From Takakia lepidozioides (lineage: Eukaryota > Plantae > Bryophyta): a DNA stretch of 64,000 bases. The stretch spans positions 29,822,001 through 29,886,000 of the forward strand of contig CM060734.1 of NCBI GenBank assembly GCA_030704615.1, written 5' to 3'. Below the pieces are notes generated by a model. That model had not been told where the DNA came from. It ran no database searches and saw only the letters and a list, made by a program, of their open reading frames with translations. Below, in pieces: positions 37,377-48,620 of this stretch. Each line of letters opens with the position of its first letter. Within the stretch, counting starts at the first letter, position 1. A program made the position numbers and the translations under genes.

Positions 37377-38167
37377 CCCCTAGAATCCATGCTTCCACAC
37401 ACACAAGACTTCATCCTTGCAATCCTTGCAAAATCTTGTGACTCAAGAGCTTTCTTCTCAAGCTCTCCAACTCCTTGGTGCATGCAACACCCGCCTTGCA
37501 ACCCCTTGCAAGCCTTGTGATACAAGAGCTAAATTCTCGTAGCTCTCAACCTCTTTAATATACAAGTGCAAAACTAATCCTTACACTCCGCACTCACAAG
37601 CATAAGGTGATCTTCTTGTACTGATAAGAGATGAGAAATGAGAGAAGTGGAAGACAATGAAAACTCTGACAGCATGGAGCAATCACACTAAGAACAAGCC
37701 CTAGTCCTTCCAAGTGAAATCCACTCTATCACATAAACTAAGTCAAGCCAAGGGCACCCTTGCTAAGGAAATCCACCCTACAAAGCCCTCAACACACTCC
37801 CTCTCAATACCTAGAGCTATGGAGGTGAGAGAAGCTCATGGAGTCTCAACTACAAGAAGATGAGCCCTCCTCAACACTCACAAGGGGAAAACCCCTTTCC
37901 CATGTCCCAAGTGAGGCTTGACACCTCACTTGGCATATGAGACCAAATGAAGTTCCAATACACAAAATACAAATATAAATATCCAAAATGTCCTAGTTAA
38001 CTAGAAGTAGGTAATTCTAGTTAACCATGAATAAAACCATGACATAGACAAAACCCTAAAGTGTCTGTGCGCGGAGCCCACCTGTCGTGCGCATACATAT
38101 CGCTACACAACTACATCGCTGTCCAAACCACACCACGCATATATGCACAATAAAGTAGTCTGTCACA
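37377..38167 (-). repeat. 3' LTR of DNMT-Ty3 copy B (distal end unclear)
   Basis: PPT AGGGGGGCGAT then TGTGACA at 38167 on the minus strand; homologous to the copy A LTR. Confidence 0.7.
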
Positions 38168-38372
38168 ATCGCCCCCCTAGCTGGTGGATAGGTCCCTCTA
38201 ACTCCAGATAGCTACAAGATGTAATAGCCACAGCCGTACTAAGTCCTCTATTACTGTCCCTATTGTACTCAAACTCTATAGACCAAGAGGCCGGGTACAA
38301 GAGTAGCCCCATCGTTAGTCGCCGTCTTGCAATTTGTGAACTTGAGCCAAGATCTCGTGTGTTCAAGGTCTC

Positions 38373-39737
38373 CTAGTAGCTTGGCCTTGCGTTTCTTGTT
38401 AGCCTTCCATGGTTGTATCCACTCCCACTATCCAATGCAATGTGGACATAACCAATCCCCATCTGGAACCATCTCAAGAGGTGAGTCAAACATCCCATAT
38501 GCCAACCTCTAGAGCATCGATCACACACCAGCATGGTGGCTGCCCCTCTAGCAGACCCACACAACATGCACCTCAAACTTGCAGATACCACTGCCAGGTT
38601 TGGGTCAATCCTGCCATCGACATTCGGAAGGTGACATGGCGCACAATTACGCACATGGTCCTTCCAAGTTATGCCATCCCGACCCTCCAAGATCAAGACG
38701 CCTGAGGGCAAGACCTCTCGAACCCTCAAAATAACACGTCCTGCAGTCACATCCAAGGTCGTAGGAGCAGTCTGCTGCAGATAGACATAGTCACCAGGGT
38801 TGAATCTCCGAACCCCAAGACGATAACCCCCACTACGTATGGTAGCATACCTCAACGTATCACGATGTTGTGCAATGGCAAGGTTCTCGAAAGCCATGGG
38901 CATGACTTTCTTGAACAACTCTGCACGCTGCTCACATGCACGTGCCCACACGTCCGGATCGTCAAGGTTAAGAACTGTAGCAGCTTCTCTGCGAATGGAT
39001 GTAGGCAAATCCGGCTCTCGGCCAAAGAGAAGAAAGTATGGTGAGAAAGAGGCAAGTGATGCTTGCTTGTTGGACCTGTAGCCCATGGCTAACCAGGGTA
39101 ACTGAAGGTCCCAATCTCTTAGGTGTCCCTTCTGCAAGCCATACTTGCGCAAACCCCTCTTTACTGTCTGAACAACCCTCTCTGCCAAGCCATCGGCCTC
39201 AGGATGATCCCAAGAAGTGGTACGGTGGTCTACCAAGGCTTTGTCATACAAAGCCTGAAACTCCCCCAAGAACTCTCTCCCTTGGTCCGTGAGTACCTCA
39301 GCTGGAGCACCGAATCGGCTAAGCACACAATCCAAGAATGCATACGCAGCTTCCTCACTAGCCTTATCCGGCAATGGAACCAACTCGATCAACTTGGAGA
39401 AGTGTTCCACCATCACCAACACGTACTTGTTGTGGCGCATGGTCAGTGGCAACGGCCCTGCGAAGTCAAGACTCCATCTGTAGCCCAATCCCATGATCGG
39501 AAGAGGGTGCAATTGTGGAGTAGGGGCGTTGAATGAAGCACGCACCGTGTCACATACCATGCACCTAGCCACAAATTGTTGTACCTCTGTATGCATACCA
39601 CGCCACCAATACTGCCCCTGCAGTAGACTATGAGTGCGTCGCACCCCAAAATGCCCCAACTCCTCATGGGCATGCCACACTAACCGTGCCCGCTGTGTTG
39701 GGTGAGGCACAATCCTCACTCGACCATCCTCCCACAC
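38373..39737 (-). CDS. Integrase with C-terminal PHD finger (frameshift in the last PHD part)
   Basis: HHCC zinc motif, DDE core, then a C4HC3-type pattern whose last WLCPHC is in a shifted frame at about 38435-38455. Confidence 0.88.
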   Translation of the reverse strand: MWEDGRVRIVPHPTQRARLVWHAHEELGHFGVRRTHSLLQGQYWWRGMHTEVQQFVARCMVCDTVRASFNAPTPQLHPLPIMGLGYRWSLDFAGPLPLTMRHNKYVLVMVEHFSKLIELVPLPDKASEEAAYAFLDCVLSRFGAPAEVLTDQGREFLGEFQALYDKALVDHRTTSWDHPEADGLAERVVQTVKRGLRKYGLQKGHLRDWDLQLPWLAMGYRSNKQASLASFSPYFLLFGREPDLPTSIRREAATVLNLDDPDVWARACEQRAELFKKVMPMAFENLAIAQHRDTLRYATIRSGGYRLGVRRFNPGDYVYLQQTAPTTLDVTAGRVILRVREVLPSGVLILEGRDGITWKDHVRNCAPCHLPNVDGRIDPNLAVVSASLRCMLCGSARGAATMLVCDRCSRGWHMGCLTHLLRWFQMGIGYVHIALDSGSGYNHGRLTRNARPSY

Positions 39738-41561
39738 TCAGAGCAGGTGTGTCCCCTCCCACTTGAACCTCTTGGCTCATTGTAGGATCCAATCCCTCTC
39801 CTTGGCAGTCACAGTGGCTGCCATGTCTCCAGTGCGGAGATAGTCCAACACAGCTGAATCCTCATGTATATCTTTGGCGCCACCTTGCTCATTGCTGGCC
39901 TCCGGATCCTCAGACACTTGATCTACTGTCATCCCTGTTGCAGGTCCAACCTGGCCTTCTGCTGCCAAGATACACAGAAATGCAGATGCATGCCATCCGG
40001 GCACCATCTCCTCATCCGTCTCACCATGCCACCGAGCTCCAGTGTCATCCTGCTGGCTCGTGCATGGATTGCGACTCAATCCATCTGCATTGCGATTGAC
40101 CAAACCTGGTCGATGCACAACCTGAAAGTCATACTCTTGAAGTATGAGTGCCCACCATGCAAGCTTCCCCGTAAGCTTGTCTGACTCCATCAACCACTTG
40201 AGTGGCTGGTGATCCATGACAAGGGTGAAGAGATTGCCATATAGATAGCACCTGAAGTGTGCCACGGCCCACACTACAGCTAAGCACTCTCCCTCATACG
40301 AGCTATACTTAGCCTCTGTAGCGTTGTTTGAGCGACTAGCATAAGCCACTACGAACTCTCTTCCCTCATCATCCACCTATGTGAGCACCGCTCCAAGCCC
40401 CAGCATGCTTCAATCTGTATGCAGCCGAAAAGGACGCCCCCTGATAGGTCGTCTCAAGATGGGCGCCGAGGTCAACCTCGCCTTGAGCTCTTGGAAAGCT
40501 CGTTCTTGCTCATCTTCCCACTGCCACTCCTGGTCCACCTTGGTCAGCTTGGTTAGAGCCTTTGCAATGGCACTAAATCCCTTGACAAACTGTCTATAAT
40601 AGTTTGCCAACCCCATGAAAGCTCAAACTCGGCTCATATCCGTGGGGCGTGGAATCTGTGCAATGGCCTCTACCTTAGTCTGCTGTACCCCCAATCCTCC
40701 AGGATATATCATTTGACCCAGATACTCAATCTGGTTGTGGAAAAACTTGCACTTCCCCGGATGTAACTTCAATCCGTGCACCCTCAAGTGCTCCAATACC
40801 ACCTGAAGGTGTCTCTCATGCTCCTCCACCGTAACACTAAAGATGATGATGTCATCTATGTAGCACCGAGCAAACTTCACCCCTGCTAGAATCCTGTCCA
40901 TGACTCTCTGAAACTCTGCAGGAGCATTCTTAAGCTCAAATGGTAAGAACCGCCACTGGTATAGGCAATCCTTCCCGTGCTCATTGATCCCCCAGAATGC
41001 CGTCTTCTGCTTGTCCGCCTCCTTGATCGGCAACTAGTGATATCCGGATCGTAAATCCAAAGTGCTAAAGACCTTGGCATGCCCAATGGCATCAAAGATC
41101 TCCTCTGGTGTTGGCATGGCATACCTATCGGACTTGGTCTGACGATTTACAGGCCGGTAATCACCGCACATACGTCTCTCCGTCCAATTGCCATAGACAT
41201 CATTCTGGGCTGGCATCACTGTGACTGAAGCATACTCTCCACCAGATAGCTCCACCAAACCAGCCTCCCAGAGGTCCCGAGTCCTCATCTGAATCAAGGA
41301 CCTCTCCATGTCACTATATCTATAGGGTCTCCGAAAGATTGGCGTGTCAGTGGCCAATTCAATGCGAATCTCTTGACCCTTCAGTGCTCCCAAGTCCTTC
41401 AAACTGAAGGCAAAGCAGTTCCTGTAAGCCCTCAAGAACCGCCGTATATGTCGTCTCTCTCCTCCGGTGACTATGGGTCCAACATCAGGCTCCCAGTTGT
41501 CCTCCGTGACTGCAACCTTGAGTCCAGCAGGCTTAGAGGTAGAAGACGCGTCCCGTGGTTG

Positions 41562-43457
41562 TTATGCTGCAACCTCTTGAGCAGTGACCACCACCTTCTC
41601 TGTCAGTGACAATGTCCCATCCTGCCCCATCATCCCATCCTTGAGGACCTCCTCAACCCGAGAAAAATCCCCAACCTCATCCATCACCGCCGCCTTGGCT
41701 GCCAACTCCTTCGGAACCTCGAGCACCTCCCACGCGTGCCATGGATGCGGCCTGCACCTCATGGTCCTCACCTGCTCGCCCCCACTCGCTGCCTGTACCG
41801 TCTCGGTAGGTAGGGAGACCATGAAGGGAAGTGTACTCCGTACTCTGCGCTGCTCAGCCATAGCCAAGCTGATAATCCAGGTCAAACAATTGAGATCCAT
41901 TGCTTGCCCCCACACCCGACGACGTGATGCCTTAGAAAGAGATGGCACCGCAGTGGTACCAATGGTAAAACCCATCGCCCGCTCGTGCTCGTCAGCATTG
42001 GGCTCCACTAATTGTTGCAACTGGCTATCCCACAAGAGGCCGGGTCCACCATCCCGAAAAGCATGGGATCCTGGGAAGCTGAGCAGTGTAGGTAATGTTG
42101 TTCGTGGTTGACCCACCCTGTTGACCACTGCCAAAGGCGAACGGTCATCGTGTCTCACACGTTGAGACTGCCTCCCTGTGTCCAAAATGCTATCCACTGT
42201 GAGGTGTGCTGGCCGCTGCACCCCATCAAATGCACGCTTGAGCAGTGCGGGTGGCATCAAGTTAGTCCACCATAGCCGTGGACGATGAGCCCGTGACCCC
42301 ACTGCAGCTGCATCCAGCAACACTGTTGACCCAAGCCACGACCGGACTTGATGCACACTGGCCATCACCCTGGCCCGAGAATCACCCATCAGTGGCACAT
42401 TCTCCAAGATGTATGATGGAGATACAGCTTGATGAAGCTGCAAGTGGCGCAAAACCCGCACCATCTCCCAAAACAGACCCGTCCTCGAGTCTCGCAATCC
42501 ATTGCCATGCCCGGCTGATGAATGCCCTTGGCAGGGCCAACCTGCCACTACCAGATCAATGGAGCCAACCTGCTCCAAATCCTGCGCCCCCAGCAACGAA
42601 ATGTCTGCTGGCAAGGCTTGTTGGTATCCATGAACTGCAGACACTGGCAACAAATCAGGGTACTGCTGTACCAACTGAGCAACATGACACAGTGAGATGC
42701 GTCGTGCAGTCTTATCCCTCTCCACATACAGGTAACGTTGAACTCGTACACTTGCCTGCAGCACTGCAGCCAATCCAGTGCTGATCCCGCCAAACAAGTC
42801 CAGAAGACATATGCCTTCATCCGGGCACTGCCACACAAGAGGTGTGGTGTCCAATGGCGACAACTGAGGTGGTCCTGGTGCAGTCACCACACTCTCCTCT
42901 TCTCTTGACGGTACGAAGGCCTCTACCCAGGCTTGTTGCACCCGTTCATCAACAGCTTGCTGCAAATCCTTGCTTGTACCCCACAATGGAGTGTGAGCAA
43001 CCATGGCAGGCAACTCCGCCGTTCCATGCATGTCATCCTGCTCTGCTGGAGGTGGCACATCCTCTGCATGGGCATTGCCTTCCAGCAACTCTCCAGGCCA
43101 ACTAACTGCAGCTGTAAAGGCGGCTAGTGTTGGCATCTTGCCCCGCTGGGCAGCCGCAATACCCCCAATGAATGTCACAGGGAGCTGTGCACGACGACCA
43201 TCCCCTGACTGCCATCCAGGCTTGTAGGATGCTGACTCCTCCCAAAAGTCCAGGGTGAAGCCCATGGGATATAACACTGCCCCACTAACGAGGACATCGT
43301 AAGAGACCGCGTCTGTCACAATGGCCTTGGTTCGCATCACTGAGCCATCTATAGGATGATCCGGCTGCAGTCTAATGCCCAACTCACGCCGTGTCATGCC
43401 CCGAGCCTGCTCTGATCCTCCCAGAGATGTCTGTATCTGGAAATGACAAGGCTCCAT
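41562..43457 (-). CDS. C5-cytosine DNA methyltransferase domain of pol, uninterrupted across all motifs
   Basis: LLDLFGGISTG (I), YVERD (II), VVAGWPCQGHS (IV), YILENV (VI), RAHRPRLWW (VIII), EHERAMGF (IX), RRRVWGQAM (X). Confidence 0.92.
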   Translation of the reverse strand: MEPCHFQIQTSLGGSEQARGMTRRELGIRLQPDHPIDGSVMRTKAIVTDAVSYDVLVSGAVLYPMGFTLDFWEESASYKPGWQSGDGRRAQLPVTFIGGIAAAQRGKMPTLAAFTAAVSWPGELLEGNAHAEDVPPPAEQDDMHGTAELPAMVAHTPLWGTSKDLQQAVDERVQQAWVEAFVPSREEESVVTAPGPPQLSPLDTTPLVWQCPDEGICLLDLFGGISTGLAAVLQASVRVQRYLYVERDKTARRISLCHVAQLVQQYPDLLPVSAVHGYQQALPADISLLGAQDLEQVGSIDLVVAGWPCQGHSSAGHGNGLRDSRTGLFWEMVRVLRHLQLHQAVSPSYILENVPLMGDSRARVMASVHQVRSWLGSTVLLDAAAVGSRAHRPRLWWTNLMPPALLKRAFDGVQRPAHLTVDSILDTGRQSQRVRHDDRSPLAVVNRVGQPRTTLPTLLSFPGSHAFRDGGPGLLWDSQLQQLVEPNADEHERAMGFTIGTTAVPSLSKASRRRVWGQAMDLNCLTWIISLAMAEQRRVRSTLPFMVSLPTETVQAASGGEQVRTMRCRPHPWHAWEVLEVPKELAAKAAVMDEVGDFSRVEEVLKDGMMGQDGTLSLTEKVVVTAQEVAA

Positions 43458-43933
43458 ATCCGCCTCCGGCCCAAACTTGCAATAGCAGCTCTGCCCAACA
43501 TCAATGGCTGAGCTCCCGCGTCCAACAAGACCCGCAGTGGCCGGTACTTCTTGCCTGCCGGTCCACTCAAAGAGAAAATGCCATCTTGGTTGTCTAACAA
43601 GACAACTCCAGGTGTCACCATGGCGCGCTCAAAGGCTGGCCTAGCTGGCAGCTCCGTCAACCTGGCAGCTGCAGCTTGCCATGGCGCAGCCGTGGCAGTC
43701 TCAACCCTCAAATCCGAGGATCCCTCTGCCACTACATCTTCCAGTAACTCCGTAGAAGATGAAGTGACCTCCCCACTCTCACAGAGTGTTGCTGCTAGTC
43801 TGAACACTGCAGCTGGTCTTACCCCTGGCGTCGCAATCATGGTTGCCGAGAACAGTGGGGCTTGACAAACAGAGGTGGCCGGCTGCACTAGCCTTGGTAG
43901 CAGGTGTCAGTGATGCACGTATAGCTCTCCCCA

Positions 43934-46900
43934 ATGGCATTTTGGACCAAGGGAGGCAACCAGGGTGCGACATGATGACCGTCCACCTTTGGCGGTGGTC
44001 AATCGAGTGGGGCAGCCGTACGGCCTTGCCTACGCTCATGAGCTTTCCCTCGTCTCATACTTTTCGAGACAATGGTCCTAGGTTGATTTGGGACAGTGTG
44101 CTACAACAATTGGTGGAGTCCAATGCGGATGAGCGAGAATGGGTAATGGGGTTTGCCACGGGCGCTACAGCTGTGCCAGCTTTGTCAGAGGCATCATGCC
44201 GATATGTGTTGGGTCAAGCAATGGATCTAAATTGTTTGACATGGGTCATTGGCTTGTGCATGGCTGAGCAACGGAGATTGCAAGCAGTGGTGGCTACTTC
44301 GACACTCCCATTGGATAGTGCATCCTCCCTCCCAACCGGGACGGTTGAGGCAGTGAGTAGGGGCGAGCACAAGATCGTGGCAGATGTGGGATGAGATGCG
44401 GAGAGAGAGAGAGAGTCATTGGATCTCTCAAGGACCAATATGAGGAGTGGGGAGAGCCATACATAGAGGATCAGTTGGAGGCCAAGGTGGCAAAGGTCTT
44501 TGAAGAGAGTTGAGGATGTTTCTTGCGCGGAGGACGTTCTTAAGGTGGTTATGGCGGAGCAAGTGGAGGCTACGCCACAGTCAGGGTGGGCGGACAAGGC
44601 CCAAGAGGTTGCTATCTAGCAACCAAAGGATGCGTCTCCTACCTCCAAGCCTGGTGTATCCAAGGTTGCAGTCACTGAGGACAATTGGGAACCAGATGTT
44701 GGACCTATAGTCACAGGAGGAGAGAGACGGAGGATCCAGCAATTTCTAAGGGCTTATAGAAATTGCTTTGCCTTCAGTTTAAAGGATTTGGGGAGTTTGA
44801 AGGGTCAGGAGATTCGTATTGATTTGACAAGTGACACGCCAATTTTTCGAAGGCCCTACAGATATAGTGACATGGAGAGGTCTTTGATCCAGTCACGGAC
44901 TATGGAGTTGACCGAAGCTGGATTGGTGGAGTTGTCAGGCAGGGAGTATGCCTCGGCAACAGTGATGTCAGCTAAGAAAGATATCCATGGCAATTGGACA
45001 GAAAGAAGGATGTGTGGGGACTATCATCCTGTGAACCGTCAGACTAAGTCCGATAGATATGCCATGCCAACTCCAGAGGAGATCTTTGATGCCATTGGGC
45101 ATGCAAAGGTGTTTAACACATTGGACCTGTGATCCGGTTACCACCAGTTGCCAATCAAAAAGGCTGACAAGCAAAAGACGACATTTTGGGGGATTGACCA
45201 GCATGGGAATGATTGTTTGTACCAATGGTGCTTCCTACCATTTGGGTTGAAGAATGCTCCTGCAGAGTTTCAGAGGGTCATGGATAGGATTCTTGCAGGG
45301 CTAGACTTCGTCCGGTGCTACATTGATGACGTCATCATCTTTAGTACCACGGTGGAGGAGCATGAGAGACACCTTCAGGTGGTGTTTGAGCGCTTGAGGG
45401 CGCATGGATTGAAACTGCACCCTAAAAATTGCATGTTCTTCCACGATCAGATTGAGTATTTAGGCCACATGATATACCCTGGAGGATTAGGTGTTCAACA
45501 AACAAAAGTGGAGGCCAATGCACGCATTCCACGCCCCATAGATGTAAGCAGAGTTCGTGCTTTCATGGGGTTAGCAAACTACTATCGTCGGTTTGGCAAG
45601 GAATTTAGCAGCATTGCAAAGGCTCTTACCAAGTTGACCAAGGTGGGTCAGGAGTGGTAGTGGGAGGAGGAGCAGGAGGAAGCCTTTGAAGAACTCAAGG
45701 CTCGATTGACTTCTGCACCTATTCTGAGGCGGCCTATTCAGAGGCGGCATTTCCAGCTACATACGGATTGGAGTATGCTGGGGATTGGAGCAATGCTCAC
45801 ACAGGTGGATGATGAGGGAAGAGAGTTCGTAGTGGCATATGCTAGCCGCTCGAACAATGATGCTGAGGCAAAGTATAGCTCATATGAAGGAGAGTGTCTA
45901 GCTGCAGTATGGGCAATGGCACATTTCAGATGCTACCTCTATGGCAATCTCTTCACCCTTGTCACGGATCACCAACCATTGAAGTGGTTGGTGGAGTCAG
46001 ACAAGCTTATAGGGAAGCTTGCACGGTGGGCACTTATGCTTCAAGAGTACGACTTCCAGGTGGTGCATCGAGCTAGAATAGTCAACCGGGATGCGGATGG
46101 ATTGAGTCGTAATCCATGCACGAGCGAGCATAATAATACTGGAGCTCGGTGGCATGGTGAGACGGATGAGGAGATGGTGTCAGGATAGCATGCATCTGCC
46201 TTTTTGTGCATTCTAGCAATGGGAGCTCAAGCTAGTCCATCCAATAGGATTGGTCATGTAGATGGTGTGCATGACGATCCGGAGATCAGTGAGGAGCTTG
46301 GTGGTGCTAAGGATGTGGATGAAGATGCAGCAGTGTTGGGCTATCTTCATGCCGGAGAGACAGCAGCCAGTGTGACTGCGAAGGACAGAGATCGGATCCT
46401 ACAATGAGCCAAGAGGTTCAAGTGGGAGGGGACTCACTTACTCCGTGTATGGGAGGATGGACGAGTGAGGATTGTGCCTCATCCAACACAACGAGCGCGA
46501 TTGGTACGCCATGCCCATGAGGAGTTGGGACATTTTGGGGTGCAGCGCACTCATAGTTTGCTGCAAGGGCAGTACTGGTGGCGGGGCATGCACACGGATG
46601 TGCAGCAGTTAGTAACAAGATGCATGGTGTGTGATAGAGTGCGGGCTTCTTTCAACGCCCCTACTCCACAATTGCATCTTTTACCCATTATGGGTTTGGA
46701 CTATCGTTGGAGCCTTGATTTCGTGGCCCATTGCCACTAACGATTCGCCATAACAAGTATGTGCTAATGAGGGTGGAACACTTTTCCAAATGAATTGAAC
46801 TGGTGGCATTGCCTGACAAGGCAAGTGAGGGGGCTGCGTATGCATTCTTAGATCGAGCTCTTAGCCGATTCGGTGCTCCAGCCGAGGTACTCACAGACTA

Positions 46901-47592
46901 GGAGAGAGAGTTCTTGGGGGAGTTTCAGGCTTTGTGTGAGCAAGCCTTGATAGATCACCGCACTACTTCTCGGGATCATCTCGAGGCTGATGGCCTGGCA
47001 GAGAGGGTTGTACAAACAGTCAAACGAGGCTTGCGCAAGTATAGCTTGCAGAAGGGACACTTGGGAGATTGGGACCTTCAGCTACCTTGGTTGGCCATGG
47101 GCTACAGGTTTAGCAAGCAAACATCACTTGCCTCGTTCTCACCTTACTTTCTTCTTTTCGGCCGAGAGCCAGATTTACCTGCATCTATTTACAGGGAGGC
47201 TGCAGTAGTCCTTGACCTTGATGATCCGGATGTGTGGACATGAGCATGTGACCAGCGGACAGAGTTGTTCAAGAGAGTCATGCCTATGGCTTTTGAGAAC
47301 CTTGCTATTGCCCAACACCGAGACACATTGAGGTATGTCACCATACGTGGATGCGGATATCGACCGGGTGTTTGGAGATTCAACCCTGGGGACTATGTGT
47401 ATCTGCAGCAGACAACGCCTACGACCTTGGATGTCACAACATGACGTGTGATTCTAAGGCTCAGGGAGGTGTTGCCTTCAGGAGTGTTGATTCTGGAAGG
47501 TCAAGATGGCATGATATGGAAGGATCATGTGCGCAATTGAGCGCCATGTCACCTCCCATATGTGGATGGGATGATACATCCCAACCTTGCAG
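43934..47592 (+). mobile_element. DNMT-Ty3 copy C: MTase C-terminus, RT, RNase H, integrase; degenerate
   Basis: Colinear with copy A from 18612 onward; many premature stops; cut by MULE copy 2 just before the PHD. Confidence 0.92.
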
Positions 47593-48620
47593 CAGGGATG
47601 CCTCGGCGTGAGCCTGGTCACGTGAGCGCGTGAGCGCAACTGCGCTCACGCCATGTCACCTTGCGCAAATGCCACGTCACGGGGCTCACTCCACGTCATC
47701 ACACGTGAAGGCCGCGTTACCACGCGCCCAAAAAGAAGTGGAGTGTATTCCCGCGGATTGGCACCCTTTACCGCGGAAACAAGCTGGACGACATAATAAA
47801 AGGCATTGAATAAAGGATGGATGAATGTACAGTTGGATGATAAACAGATGGATGAGTGTGAAAAATGAATGTAGATGGATGAATGAGGGATGGATAAGAG
47901 TAAAATGGATGAATGTATAATGGATGTTGAGCAATGACAAAAATTCATGACAGGAAGATGCATGACCAAATCTTTTGACGAATGCACAACGTATATGAAA
48001 TGAGTGTGGAAGGTTTGTGGGGTGGATTAAAGAGTACAGAGGATGAATGTACAATGGATGTTGTACAAAGGAAAAAATTCATGAATGGAGCACGCATGAA
48101 TACAGTGTAGATAAATGCACAATGGATATGAGAAGAGTCAGGGAGGTTTGTGAGATGGATTCATACATATTGCAATTTAAACGAAAGTTGATTATGTGAT
48201 TATTATTTGTTCTAGAGGAACAACTACGGTGGAGGAAGGGGATTCAACGTTTTCCAGATAATATGAAAATGAATATTAAAAGAATACAGTTCAGTCTGAC
48301 TCAGAGTCAGTACAATGTAACCCCGCTTCCTCTGCATCTAAGTCTAAGTATTTTAGAACACCGGATCCACGCTGGATACACCTACGGCTGGCCACTAAAA
48401 AGTCAGGGGATAGGGACTCGGCCGCGTGAAGTGCCATTGCTTCGGCATAAACAGGAAGCAGAAAATTGGAAAGGGGGCTGTCGAAAACAGACTCACCAGA
48501 AATGACTGTATCTCCTGAAGATCCACCGCTGCCTTTCTTGAAAGACAGCCTGAAAAAGTTATTACTGTAACTTTGATGTTATCGAGAAATTGAGTATGAC
48601 TCCCAAAGAGGGTTTAGCAC

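Larger units (their letters stand above)
38168..43940 (-). mobile_element. DNMT-Ty3 copy B: protease, C5-MTase, RT, RNase H, integrase, PHD; 5' truncated
   Basis: VLLDAGA; ORF 41562-43457 MTase; YIDDIIIFS; VVAYASRS...DGLSR; HEELGH...CMVC, SLDFAGP, LTDQGREF, GLAERVV; CMLC...LVCDRCSRGWHMGCL. Confidence 0.93.
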
